This document shows, piece after piece, positions 9,316 to 19,059 of a stretch of DNA of 64,000 bases. A model generated the notes under the pieces. That model worked only from the letters and a program-made list of their open reading frames with translations. It was not told the DNA's origin and did no database searches. The translations under genes and the position numbers were made by a program. Every line of letters begins with the position of its first letter. Within the stretch, counting starts at the first letter, position 1. Origin of the DNA: a virus (Duplodnaviria; Caudoviricetes); the IMG/VR virus record IMGVR_UViG_2740891882_000003, positions 13,141-77,140 of that record; one strand, given 5' to 3'.

Positions 9316-10521
9316 TTACCGCCTTACTCCGTAGACGGCTTCCGGCATGCAGGCGATGTACATGTTTCGCAGGTCGGTGGCCGCGTCCCCGGAGACCGCG
9401 CTGCCGCCGCCGGCCACCACGCCGATCCAGAAGTCCAGCGATGTTGCGCTGGACTTGGTGACGCCGCCATTCGTGTGCGCGGTGAACGAGCGTGCGCTGC
9501 CGGCCGCGAACCTGTTGCCGTCGGCGTCGTTCGCGGTGGCGGTGACATACCCGGACGCGGCGAACGAGGTGTTGGTCTCCAGCGTGGAGCGGTAGGCGGC
9601 GAGGGTGGCCGAGGTGCCGATCTGGAGGTAGCCCTCGACGAAGCGGGAGCCGCGCCGCAGGGTGAGGTCGAGGGTTGCGCGGCCCGGATTCTGGCCCTTG
9701 ACTAGGCGGACGATCGCCATCTCGGGATCGTTGCGCAGCAGCGTCGCCCCATCCCACGAGGTGATCGACGAGGCGGAGCCGGCAACGGAGATGTTCCACA
9801 GCTTGGAGTGGTAGGCGCCGCCCGTGTAGGCCTGCACGTCGAGGGTGGCCGAGGCGCTGGGCGTGACGTTGACAAGGCCGTTGGCCAGGGACCAGCCGGT
9901 GGCGGCGAGGGGCACGTCGACGCCGTACACCTCCTGCGAGCTGGTGGTGGTGACCTTGACGCGGCCGGTCAGATACGAGGTCGGCAGGCAGCCCCAGCGT
10001 GGCGAGATGTTCGCGGGGACGCCGCGGTAGACGGTGATCGCGCCGTCGGCGCCGGTGCGAGTCATCGTCGTCGCGTTCGTGGCGCCGGTGTAGTAGCCGT
10101 AGTGGCCGATCGGCGGGGCGTGCCAGCGCTCCCCCGTCAGGGAGAAGTCGTTGAGCCTGACGGCGCCGGTGAGCCTACTCTGCAGGTCGGTCTCGGAGTC
10201 GGAGCCGATCCGGTCCAGGGAGACCTTCCAGTCCGCGGTGACCATCTCGGTGCGGTACTCGGTGTACGTGCTGTTGCAGGTCTTGACGGCGTAGTAGCCG
10301 TTGCGTTCGGGCTTGTCCGTGAACGTGACCGGGATGACCTGGCCTGCGATCAGCGCGTTGATGCCATCGTGGCGGGCGATGACCTGCGCCCGGGTCAGCG
10401 GCGGATACGACTCCTGCCCTTCCAGGTCGAGGCCGCGGTCGCCGCCGGACTCCGTCGCGACGAAGCCCTCCCGGAGCGGGATCCGCCCGAGCTGGATGTC
10501 GCCCCATCCGTACAGGCTCAT
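9316..10521 (-). CDS. Minor tail protein (distal-tail position)
   Basis: Directly after tape measure; 401 aa, T/S/G-rich. Confidence 0.7.
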   Translation of the reverse strand: MSLYGWGDIQLGRIPLREGFVATESGGDRGLDLEGQESYPPLTRAQVIARHDGINALIAGQVIPVTFTDKPERNGYYAVKTCNSTYTEYRTEMVTADWKVSLDRIGSDSETDLQSRLTGAVRLNDFSLTGERWHAPPIGHYGYYTGATNATTMTRTGADGAITVYRGVPANISPRWGCLPTSYLTGRVKVTTTSSQEVYGVDVPLAATGWSLANGLVNVTPSASATLDVQAYTGGAYHSKLWNISVAGSASSITSWDGATLLRNDPEMAIVRLVKGQNPGRATLDLTLRRGSRFVEGYLQIGTSATLAAYRSTLETNTSFAASGYVTATANDADGNRFAAGSARSFTAHTNGGVTKSSATSLDFWIGVVAGGGSAVSGDAATDLRNMYIACMPEAVYGVRR

Positions 10522-13500
10522 CGGGCACGCCCCCTGTCGTAGTCCCGCAGCGCGTCTTTGATCTCCACCACGAGTTCCTGCGCGGCCTGCCTGCGGGCGG
10601 ACCTGCTAGAGAAGTCGAACGTGCCGGACACGGTGATGTTCTCGATCGTGATGCTCGACGCGCCGCCGCTACCGGAGACGAGCCGCTCGAACATGGCCGT
10701 CTGCTGCGGGTCGAGGATCCGCTCCGGCCGGCGGGTGGCGTTGACCGCCATCGTCGCGCCGGGCTGCAGGAGGCCGCCGCTGTCGTACTTCGCAGCCGGC
10801 GCGAAACCCCAATGGCTGGTGAACAGGGAGTCGTTCCAGCCGCGGGCGCCCTTGCCCATGTGGACGCCGCGGCCGCCGGACGACTCGACGTTCATGCCGG
10901 CCAAGGTGCCCGCGGTGTGGCCGACCCCCGCGTTGGTGATGCCGATCATGAATGGGGACTTCAGGTTGCGGACCCAGCCGGACGGGCCGTTGTTCCCGAC
11001 GAACGAGCCAGTCGCCCATCGGCGGTGCGGGCGCTCACCGCGGATCACCGACTCGATCGCGGACATCAGACCCGAGCAGTCCCAGCTGGGGTTCCCGTTG
11101 CCGGCCCACTGGTAGGGCAGCCCGTTCTGGGTCTTCACCCACGAGAGTGCCCGCTGTACGGCGGGGCCGCCCTTGGCCTTTTTGTCCTCGTTGCCGAGGA
11201 AGCCCAGCATGCCGTCGACGGCCTTGTTGGACAGGCCTTTGAGGAGGCTGCCGAAGCCGCCGCCGGGGATACGGGCGATGAGCGGGCGGACCAGGCTGCT
11301 GAGGGCTTTCTGTGCGGCTGTCTTGAGGCCGCCGATGACGAGGTCTTTGGCCCAGTCGGCGACGGATCCGATGGCGTTGCCGATGCCGGAGGTGACGGTG
11401 CCGACGATGCCACCGGAGGCGTAGTGCTGGGTGCTTCCCTGGTACCGCTGGCGTTCCTGCTGCCGGGAGGGGTTGCCGCCGGTCTTGGTTGGGTGGTCCT
11501 GGCCGAGCATGGCGTCGATGGCGCGGTGGCCGCCGAGGTGGGCCACTTGCTTCCTGGAGAGGACGCGCTCGTCAGGTTCGAGCATGGCAGGGACGATGTC
11601 GCCGGAGCCTGTGCCGGGAACGATGCCGCCCTTGTTGAAGCCCAACGAAATGACGGGGAGTGTGATCTTGCTGCTGATCTTCCCTGCGATGGTGTTCCAC
11701 ATGGAGCGGAGGCCGCCGTACACCTTGGAGATGACCCACTTCACCGGGTCGCCGATCTTGGATTTGATGCCGTTCCAGATCGTGCCGAGGCTGTCGCGCA
11801 GTGTGGAGAACGCGGTCTTCATGCCGTTCTTGAAGCTGGAGATCTTCGAGTTGATCGTGGAGAAGATCGATGTGACCTTGTCGCGGACGCCGTTCCACAG
11901 CGACGACCACGTGCCGGTGATCGCGGTCCTCAGGGAGGTCACCGAGTTCCTGAAGATGGCCCACGCGTTGGTGAACGAGACCTTCAACCCGGACCAGAAG
12001 CTGTTCCACCTGCTGGTGACCGCGCCCCACAAGTCCTTCCAGATCTGGACGACGCCGTTCTTCAGGTCGGTGAAGATCTGCTTCGTCTTCGACCACAAGC
12101 CCGTGAAGTAGCCGATGATCGCCTTCACCAGATCCGGGATGATGCTGTGCCCGACCAGCACGTCGTACAGGTGCTGGAACTGGTCGACGATCCATTTCAC
12201 GACGGCGGTCACCGCATCCGTGAACTTCGTCAGCCAGCCGATGACGGTGGTGATGACCGGCACGAGGATGTTGATGGCGCCCGCCAGGACACCTGTCAGC
12301 AGCTGCGCCAGGCCCAAGATGAGCGGCATCAGTGGCTCGATCACCTGCAAGGCCAGGTTCAGCAACGCCGCCGTCAACTGGGCCAGTGGCGGGATCAGTG
12401 GCAGTACCGCAAGCATGAGCTGCGGGAACATGGGCGCCAACTGGCCGATGAACTGGCCCAGGGCCTGTACCGCCGGAACCAGCGCCTCCACCACCGGCGC
12501 AAGCCCCTGAGCGAGCGCGGCGACCACCGGCACCAGTTGGGCGCCCAGCGCCGACACCACGGGAGCGAGCGCCTTGACGATCGCGCCAATCAGGTCGCCG
12601 ATCGGCTTCAGCAGGGGCATGACGGCCTGCACCAGACCGATGATGATGTCCCCGACATCCTTCACGACCGGCAGCAGCGCGTCGATGATCGGCGTCAGTG
12701 CCTTGCCGAGCGTGGACGCCAGTTGGGCGAGGACTGGCCCGAACTTCGTCGCCAGTTCGGTCACCACGGGCGCGAGCGCGGCGAGCAGCGGCAGCGCAGC
12801 CTGCAACACCGCACCCAACGTCGACGCGAAGAGTTTCGCAATCGAGTTGATCGCCGTGAACACCGACGTCAACGCGGCCTGCACACCAGGCATTGCGGTG
12901 ATCTTCCGCAGCTCGGCGAACACCGCGCCCAGCGAACCGAGCGCGTCCCCGCCGCCGGCCGCCGCGGCCTTCATGATGTTCCCGAAGGTGGCGAAGACGT
13001 CGCCGAGGAGCTTCCCGAACTGCTTGGCGATCTCCACGCCGTTGTTGATGGCGGTCTCCAGGCCGCCCGACTTGAAGGCGTCGCTGAGCTTCTTGGCGAT
13101 GGTGTCCGCCGCCCCGGCTGCCGCGGCGGTGAGCCGGGCGAACGCCGGGGACGCGGCGATGGAGATCTGGGTGAGGCCGGTGATGATCTGCCCGGGGATG
13201 CGGGTGAGGGGGCGCATCCCGGCGTTGAGGCCGTCGAACAGGGCGCGAAGCTGGCCGGTCTTCGCCAGCTCGATGACGGCGTTCGCGGCGTTCCGCGCCG
13301 TGGTGTTGAGGATCGTCGCGGTCCCCGTCAGCCCAGCGCGCAGGGACGGCAGGATGGCACTCGACAACTCCGTGAACTTCGCGGCCAGCCCCTGGAAGAG
13401 CGCGTTCTGCACGTCGAGCTTCAGGGACCGCCACGCCTCCCGCTGCGCGAGCACCGCGTCGACGAACGCGCGCGCATTCGGTGCCAGCCGGGCCAGGGCG

Positions 13501-15104
13501 TCAGCGGTCTTGTTCGTGGCGATCGCCCCGGAGTTCTGCGCCTCTGCGAGAGCCTTCGCCGCCTCGGCCGCGTTCTCCTGCGCGTCGGCGATCTGCCGCG
13601 CCCCATCCGTCGCCGCCTTCGCTGCTGCCGCTTGGGCGTCCGCGACGTCCCGCTGCGCCTTCGCGACCCGCTGCGCCCCGTCCTGCTGCGCACGCGCGGC
13701 CTCGATCTCGGCGTCCTTCAGGGACTGTGTCTTGTCGGTGACCTGCTGGTTGGCGTCGGCGATGTCCTGCTTGGCCTTGGTGACCTTCTGTGAGCCCTCC
13801 ACGCCAGCCTTGTTGGCGTCGTCTGTCTGCTGCTGCAGCCGGGCCGTTTCGGTCTGCTGCTCGGACAGCGCCTGAGCCGCCTTGTCGTACTGCAGTTGCG
13901 CCTTGTCGAGCTCCTCCTGGGTGGCCTTCGCGCCCTTCGCCTTGACCGCGGCCAGCTCCTGCTCGGCGTCCTGAAGGTCCAGCACCTTCTGCCGTTGGTC
14001 GAGTTGGGCGTCGGTGAGCCGGTTGTTGAGGTCTTGCAGTTCTTCGGCGGCGTCCTTGCGGGCCTGGGTGAGGTCGAGTTGGGCCTGCTTGGCGGCCTTC
14101 TGCGCGTCGGCGAGGTCACGCTCGGCGGAGGCGACGGACTCGGCCGCCCGCCGGTTGGCGTCGGCGACGTCCTGCACGGTGTTCTTCAGGTTCTGCTGCG
14201 CGTCGGCGATGTCTCGGGCGGCCTTCACCCTCGCCTCGGCCGCATTGACCTCGGCGTCCTTCACCGCCTGCTGGGCCTTCGCGAGGGAGCGCTGCGCCGA
14301 TTCCACCCGCCGGGTCGCCGACTCGGCTGCCCCCGCACTCTTCGTGGCCGGCGCGAACGCGGCCTTGAAGGCGTCACCAATCCCGCTGGTGCCGATCTTG
14401 ACGGCCGCGAACGCGGCCCCCAGCGACAGCACAGCCGGGGCAGCAAGCGCGGCAGCCGGACCCATCTGGATCAGCGCCTGCCCGAGGGACGCCATGGTCG
14501 GAAGTGCGCCGACAGCCAGCGCTGTAAGGCTGCTCAGGCTGGAGGTGAGCGATCCAAGGCCGCCAGAGCTGCTGCCGGCGCCGCTGAGGGAACCGGTGAG
14601 TCTGGATAGTGCGGAGCGGTCCAGGTCGACGCGGACGTTCACGGTGCGGCGGCGGGTGAGGAGTGCCAGATCGTCCGCGGCGGCGCGGGTGTCCATGTCG
14701 GCAGTGATGCGGGTGGTGCGCGCCCGGGTGAGGAGGGCGAGGTCGTCGGCCGCAGCCCGGGTATCGAGGTCAGCGATGATCCGCACGGTGCGGTCGCGGG
14801 TCAGTTCGGCGAGCTGCCCTTCCGCTACTCGCCGTGCTGTTTCCTCCAGTTCGGGCAGGAGGTTGACGGTGAGGTCCCGGAACCGGGCGCGGGACAGGGC
14901 GGTCTGGTCGAGGTTGACCTTGACGTTCAGGGAGCGGTCGCGCATGAAGCGGTCGAGGCGTGTCCGGGCGTCCCTGTCGTCGAGGTTGAGGCGGACGCCG
15001 ACCTCGTTCCGCTTGGACCTGAGCCGGTCCATGGCGCGGTCGTAGGCGGATTCGTCGGCGGTGACCTCGACGTATCCCTCGGCGATCCTAAAGCTACCCG
15101 CCAC
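10518..15104 (-). CDS. Tape measure protein with C-terminal NlpC/P60-like domain
   Basis: 1528 aa, Ala-rich coiled coil, aromatic repeats, PYQWAG..WDCSGL..GHTAG. Confidence 0.93.
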   Translation of the reverse strand: MAGSFRIAEGYVEVTADESAYDRAMDRLRSKRNEVGVRLNLDDRDARTRLDRFMRDRSLNVKVNLDQTALSRARFRDLTVNLLPELEETARRVAEGQLAELTRDRTVRIIADLDTRAAADDLALLTRARTTRITADMDTRAAADDLALLTRRRTVNVRVDLDRSALSRLTGSLSGAGSSSGGLGSLTSSLSSLTALAVGALPTMASLGQALIQMGPAAALAAPAVLSLGAAFAAVKIGTSGIGDAFKAAFAPATKSAGAAESATRRVESAQRSLAKAQQAVKDAEVNAAEARVKAARDIADAQQNLKNTVQDVADANRRAAESVASAERDLADAQKAAKQAQLDLTQARKDAAEELQDLNNRLTDAQLDQRQKVLDLQDAEQELAAVKAKGAKATQEELDKAQLQYDKAAQALSEQQTETARLQQQTDDANKAGVEGSQKVTKAKQDIADANQQVTDKTQSLKDAEIEAARAQQDGAQRVAKAQRDVADAQAAAAKAATDGARQIADAQENAAEAAKALAEAQNSGAIATNKTADALARLAPNARAFVDAVLAQREAWRSLKLDVQNALFQGLAAKFTELSSAILPSLRAGLTGTATILNTTARNAANAVIELAKTGQLRALFDGLNAGMRPLTRIPGQIITGLTQISIAASPAFARLTAAAAGAADTIAKKLSDAFKSGGLETAINNGVEIAKQFGKLLGDVFATFGNIMKAAAAGGGDALGSLGAVFAELRKITAMPGVQAALTSVFTAINSIAKLFASTLGAVLQAALPLLAALAPVVTELATKFGPVLAQLASTLGKALTPIIDALLPVVKDVGDIIIGLVQAVMPLLKPIGDLIGAIVKALAPVVSALGAQLVPVVAALAQGLAPVVEALVPAVQALGQFIGQLAPMFPQLMLAVLPLIPPLAQLTAALLNLALQVIEPLMPLILGLAQLLTGVLAGAINILVPVITTVIGWLTKFTDAVTAVVKWIVDQFQHLYDVLVGHSIIPDLVKAIIGYFTGLWSKTKQIFTDLKNGVVQIWKDLWGAVTSRWNSFWSGLKVSFTNAWAIFRNSVTSLRTAITGTWSSLWNGVRDKVTSIFSTINSKISSFKNGMKTAFSTLRDSLGTIWNGIKSKIGDPVKWVISKVYGGLRSMWNTIAGKISSKITLPVISLGFNKGGIVPGTGSGDIVPAMLEPDERVLSRKQVAHLGGHRAIDAMLGQDHPTKTGGNPSRQQERQRYQGSTQHYASGGIVGTVTSGIGNAIGSVADWAKDLVIGGLKTAAQKALSSLVRPLIARIPGGGFGSLLKGLSNKAVDGMLGFLGNEDKKAKGGPAVQRALSWVKTQNGLPYQWAGNGNPSWDCSGLMSAIESVIRGERPHRRWATGSFVGNNGPSGWVRNLKSPFMIGITNAGVGHTAGTLAGMNVESSGGRGVHMGKGARGWNDSLFTSHWGFAPAAKYDSGGLLQPGATMAVNATRRPERILDPQQTAMFERLVSGSGGASSITIENITVSGTFDFSSRSARRQAAQELVVEIKDALRDYDRGRAR

Positions 15105-15107
15105 GTC

Positions 15108-15512
15108 CTACCCTCCCTGTGCCACGCTCACGAGCCCCGGGAACTGGGCCCGAAACTGGGTCAGTGAGACCTCGGCGGCCTCGCTGTTGCCGCGTCCTGC
15201 CGGTGCGGCGGTTGTGCTCGTGCGGGTTGGGGTGCTGCTCGTTGGCCGGCGTTCGTCACTCGCTTCCTCGACGCGGGCTGCCATGACGCCTGTGTAGGCG
15301 GTCAGCCGGTGCGCCAGAGCGAAGTAGCGGGGGCCGGAGACCTCTTGCTCAAGGAGGTCGATGCCGTAGATGGCGAGGAAGTCGGCGTCGATGTCGTCCT
15401 GGTGGTCGAGGACCCAGAGGATCTGGCCGAGCCGGTTAGTGACGGTGTCTGGCCATCCGTGGTCGTAGGCCCACTCGCTGAGGCGGGTCAGCCACGCCGG
15501 GCCGCTTTTCCC
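15108..15512 (-). CDS. Tail assembly chaperone, -1 frameshift extension
   Basis: Open -1 frame from GGGAAAA to TAG at 15108, encoding DIDADFLAIYGIDL. Confidence 0.8.
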   Translation of the reverse strand, partial: GKSGPAWLTRLSEWAYDHGWPDTVTNRLGQILWVLDHQDDIDADFLAIYGIDLLEQEVSGPRYFALAHRLTAYTGVMAARVEEASDERRPTSSTPTRTSTTAAPAGRGNSEAAEVSLTQFRAQFPGLVSVAQGG

Positions 15513-15889
15513 TCCTTCTCCTGCTTGCCGAGGGCGAGCTTGATGATGATGTCGACGATCTTCTCCAGCTGCTCCTCGGTCATCGCCCGGGACTGTTCCA
15601 GGGCCATGTAGGCGTCCTCGCCGAGCACGCGGATTAGGAGCGGGGCGGTTGCGACCTCGTGCCCGACTTCGGACGCGTGGCGCAGGTACTGGAGGGCGAC
15701 GCCGCGCGGGATGTGCTTGGGGATCGTGTATTCGTCGGAGCCGATGTAGAAGAGCGGGACGCGCTCCTCTTCGACCTCGTCATCGGCGTCGATCCGGATC
15801 GGCTCGAAGTTCAGGTCGCTGGCGCCGTTGACGGGCTTGGCCGCCGCCCTCTTGCGGGCGGCGGTCGTCTGACGGGTGGTGGATGCCAT
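15488..15889 (-). CDS. Tail assembly chaperone
   Basis: Between tail tube and tape measure; slippery site. Confidence 0.85.
   Translation of the reverse strand: MASTTRQTTAARKRAAAKPVNGASDLNFEPIRIDADDEVEEERVPLFYIGSDEYTIPKHIPRGVALQYLRHASEVGHEVATAPLLIRVLGEDAYMALEQSRAMTEEQLEKIVDIIIKLALGKQEKEGKAARRG
15506..15512 (-). other. -1 ribosomal slippery heptamer G GGA AAA
   Basis: In correct phase near the chaperone 3' end. Confidence 0.85.
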
Positions 15890-15927
15890 GGGTGGTGCTC
15901 CTCGCTGCGGGCAGGGCTCGGCGTCGG

Positions 15928-16488
15928 CTACGACGTCTGGTCGATGATGTGGAAGGGGGTGATGGAGTTGCTGACGTAGTGGCCGGACAGCTTCAGCGGG
16001 ATGAGCGTCTGCTTGTCCTTGGTGTAGGCGAGCTCGACGCTGTCGGTGTTGAGCATCCGGCGGCCGATGATGCGGCGGCGGAACTGGCTGGGCGCGTAGC
16101 CGTCGAGGATGACCGCGAAGTACGTCGGCTGCGTCGCGGAGCTGGTGACGTTCGGGTCGAAGCTCTTGTAGCCCGCACCGGACGCGGACGTGCCGCCGTT
16201 GAGGGTGGTCGACAGGTTCTCCAGCGTGGCCTCGGCGAGGCTCGTCTCGATGGTGAAGTCCTGCTTGGTCAGCCGGGAGCCGACGCGGAGGGTGATCTGG
16301 TCGACCTCCAGCTCGCTGTACGTCTGGTCGACGCTGAGCTTGACGCCGTCCTGAGTGCCGCCCATGTCCGTCCACGCGGACGCGGCCGGCGTGGTGTTGA
16401 CGGCGGTGTCGGTCGGCTCGGTCGCACCGAACGCCCCGCTGTAGAGAGTTCCGGGGCCCTGGATGAGGTTGGTAGTCGTGACGGCCAT
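15928..16488 (-). CDS. Major tail (tube) protein
   Basis: WTDMGGTQDGVKL, LAEATLENL; position. Confidence 0.85.
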   Translation of the reverse strand: MAVTTTNLIQGPGTLYSGAFGATEPTDTAVNTTPAASAWTDMGGTQDGVKLSVDQTYSELEVDQITLRVGSRLTKQDFTIETSLAEATLENLSTTLNGGTSASGAGYKSFDPNVTSSATQPTYFAVILDGYAPSQFRRRIIGRRMLNTDSVELAYTKDKQTLIPLKLSGHYVSNSITPFHIIDQTS

Positions 16489-16491
16489 GGG

Positions 16492-16677
16492 TCAGCTCTC
16501 CTTGCTTCCGGCCGCGCCGGACGTCTTCTTGGTGGTGACCGGCGGCGCGGGCGCGGCCGGGGCTTCAGGGGTCGAGCTGTCGTCGACGAGGAGGCCCTGA
16601 CGCTGAAGGTCCAGGTACTCGACCTCGTCGACCTCGATCGACTGGTCGGGGCGCATCGTGGTACGGACGGTCGGCAT
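16492..16677 (-). CDS. Small hypothetical protein
   Basis: MPTVRTTMRP; start overlaps upstream stop. Confidence 0.65.
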   Translation of the reverse strand: MPTVRTTMRPDQSIEVDEVEYLDLQRQGLLVDDSSTPEAPAAPAPPVTTKKTSGAAGSKES

Positions 16678-16904
16678 CAGGGGTAGTCCTCTCGGCGGAG
16701 CGGGAAGCGGTGGTGGGCGTACTGCGGCAGGTGCGGCAGTGCGATGGTCTGCTCGGGCGGGATGCTCCGCGGGCATTCGACGATGCGGATGTCTCCGGTG
16801 AGGAGGAATTCCAGCTCGCCGCGGCTGTTGTGGACGATGACCCTGCCGTGCCAGGTGAGGAGGTCTCCGCCGAGGCCCGCGTCTTGGATGGCGTAGCGGC
16901 TCAT
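16677..16904 (-). CDS. Hypothetical protein
   Basis: Coupled to neighbours in the operon. Confidence 0.65.
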   Translation of the reverse strand: MSRYAIQDAGLGGDLLTWHGRVIVHNSRGELEFLLTGDIRIVECPRSIPPEQTIALPHLPQYAHHRFPLRREDYP

Positions 16905-17350
16905 GACGGGACCTCCGTCCAGGCGATGACGAGGCCGGGGATGCTGTAGCGGGCATACGACGACGGGTCGTCGGGGACCCGCCGGTGCTCGCCGGTCGTG
17001 TACGCGGACAGCACCTGCACGGCCGGGTAGCCGGTCGGCAGGGTCACCCGCTGCGGGATGGCCGGATGGTCGTAGCAGGCGGCCTGGATCGCCTCAGCCA
17101 GCGCGGCGGCCTTGTTCCACGGCGGCTTCTGGGACTGCGGGTTGACGGCCCAGCAGTCCACGCCGACCGCCGGTTCCCTGAGCGGGACGTACAGGTTGGG
17201 GGTGCCGCCTGCGACGACGAGCGTGCAGAACCCGGACGCCGCCCAGGTGGTGTTGTCCTTCGGCAGAGTGGTCGCGACACGGTCGCCGACCACGGTCTTC
17301 AGCCAGGCGGTGGCGACGAGTTCGGGGGTGGCCCGCAGCTGGAGGCTCAT
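16901..17350 (-). CDS. Tail terminator-like protein
   Basis: Size and position after HK97 gp10-like gene. Confidence 0.65.
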   Translation of the reverse strand: MSLQLRATPELVATAWLKTVVGDRVATTLPKDNTTWAASGFCTLVVAGGTPNLYVPLREPAVGVDCWAVNPQSQKPPWNKAAALAEAIQAACYDHPAIPQRVTLPTGYPAVQVLSAYTTGEHRRVPDDPSSYARYSIPGLVIAWTEVPS

Positions 17351-17718
17351 GCGGTCCTCCGCTGGAACAGGGCCGGACGAAGGTAGGGCTGGGCGTGTGT
17401 GCCGGGGTGGTTGACGCGCGCGACGGGATGGTCGGCGTCGGGCCAGGACAGCGCCTTCTTGTTGCGCGGCAGAATGACGTGGGCGGCCGTGCCCATCTCG
17501 ACGTCGGTGGCGTAGTTGCAGTCGAGGGATCCGACGCGAAGCACCTTGTCGCGGACCTCGGCGCGCAGACTGTCGTGCAGGCGGCCGGACCGCTTCGCCA
17601 CATAGTTCCGGGCGTCGCCGAGGATGTCGCGGCCGATGACGTGCTCCATCCAGTCATTGACTGCGTCATCGACGTGCGCGCGTGCGGAAGGGTCGATCCG
17701 CACACCGGATCGCGCCAT
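17347..17718 (-). CDS. HK97 gp10-like tail completion protein
   Basis: RSGRLHDS, YATDVEMGT, AQPYLRPA. Confidence 0.85.
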   Translation of the reverse strand: MARSGVRIDPSARAHVDDAVNDWMEHVIGRDILGDARNYVAKRSGRLHDSLRAEVRDKVLRVGSLDCNYATDVEMGTAAHVILPRNKKALSWPDADHPVARVNHPGTHAQPYLRPALFQRRTA

Positions 17719-17792
17719 GGCCGCCCTCCTCTCCAGAGAGTGGTCTCGTACTGTGGCCGCCCGGTCTCCCCGGACGTTGTGGCCGTGTTCGG

Positions 17793-18122
17793 TTAGGTGG
17801 TGCGCCGCAGATCGAGGCGCAGGTCTGCGGCTACGGCTACGGAGCTCATGGAGGAGATGGCATCGACGATGTACACGGCGCCGGTGCTGTCGTCCCGGAT
17901 GCGGTCCTGGTCGGTGACGTCGGTGCCCGCGGTCACGCGGCCGACGGCGTAGCGGACGATCCTGGGGGTCGGGTCGTCGCGGGTCGTCACGCGGCGGCTC
18001 TGCTCCACCAGGGATGCCGGGATGCCGGTGTATCGGGGGGTGTCGGTGTCGACTTCGTCGCCGTAGCCGTCCGTGCTGGTGCCGCGGAGGATGCTGATCG
18101 TGGTCGTGGCGCGAACTAGCAC
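17793..18122 (-). CDS. Head closure / head-tail adaptor
   Basis: DGYGDE, DRIRD..YIV; position. Confidence 0.7.
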   Translation of the reverse strand: MLVRATTTISILRGTSTDGYGDEVDTDTPRYTGIPASLVEQSRRVTTRDDPTPRIVRYAVGRVTAGTDVTDQDRIRDDSTGAVYIVDAISSMSSVAVAADLRLDLRRTT

Positions 18123-18574
18123 GGCCCACCGCCGAGGGGGTGCCAGCGCGGATCGTTGTCGTCGAGGACCGCGTTGGTGAGGTTCATCGTCCGGGGAATC
18201 TGTCCGGCACCGGTGCGCGGCCCGATGCGCAGGGGCCGGATCCGCTTCCACGACAGGCGATCAATGCACCGCTTCGCCAGCGGCGCCAGGATGCCTGCGT
18301 TGGCGTGCAGCCACGTCGCTGACACCTGGTCCTGCGACACCGACGTGGTGTCCATGCTGGTGAACGCGTCAGGATGCTGGGTGATCCATGCCGCCTGGTA
18401 GGCCACGGCGAGCTTCAGCAGCCGCAGGTTCTTCGGGCGGATGTTGCCCACGGCCGAGGCGTCCTCGGTGGTGTCGGCGAACATCTCGACGACGGCCTGC
18501 GCCTGCTCGACCTGTGCGGGGGTGGCGTTGATGCCGGTGTAGGTGATGACGTCACTGGCGGTGGCCCACGGCAT
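18116..18574 (-). CDS. Head-tail connector
   Basis: WATASDV start, AVAYQA; position. Confidence 0.7.
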   Translation of the reverse strand: MPWATASDVITYTGINATPAQVEQAQAVVEMFADTTEDASAVGNIRPKNLRLLKLAVAYQAAWITQHPDAFTSMDTTSVSQDQVSATWLHANAGILAPLAKRCIDRLSWKRIRPLRIGPRTGAGQIPRTMNLTNAVLDDNDPRWHPLGGGPC

Positions 18575-18575
18575 G

Positions 18576-18977
18576 TCAGGTCACCTGCCTGACGGATACC
18601 TCGTACACCCAGCGGCCGTCGACAGTGGCAGCGAGACGTGCATCCCCGCGCGGTGTGTGGCCGGCTTCAATGGCGGCCTGGACGGTGGCCTGCCGATAGG
18701 CGAGGTGGGTCTCCTCGTCGGGCCCGTCGGGCTCGGCCTCGAAGTCCTGACGGAAGACTCGGAGGTCAGCCGGCGTGCCGGCCGGCTCCGGTGGGGAAAC
18801 AATCTCGCCGGCCTGGGTGTCACCGGCGGGGGCTTCGGGAGGCGTTGCGGTCTGCTGCTTGGTGGCGTCGTGGTGGGTGAGACGCTGGATGAGGTCGGCG
18901 CGAGCGCGTGCGGTGCCGAGGCCGCGGCGCATGCTTTCTGTCCGCAGTTCCTGCACGCTCATCTGCTCGTAGTCCAC
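18576..18977 (-). CDS. SAP-like domain protein
   Basis: MSVQELRTESMRRGLGTARARADLIQRL. Confidence 0.65.
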   Translation of the reverse strand: MDYEQMSVQELRTESMRRGLGTARARADLIQRLTHHDATKQQTATPPEAPAGDTQAGEIVSPPEPAGTPADLRVFRQDFEAEPDGPDEETHLAYRQATVQAAIEAGHTPRGDARLAATVDGRWVYEVSVRQVT

Positions 18978-19059
18978 AACACCCTCATCTCGTGTGCGGT
19001 TCACCGGTGCCGCCGGGGTGGCACCCACCAATCCCCGACGGCAGTCCGAGGGGGTCCGG

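Noticed and set aside
10812-13793. 993-aa plus-strand ORF (likewise 18994..21231, 23231..25354, 54970..56757)
   Set aside because: Antisense shadows of real genes, expected at this GC; no motifs
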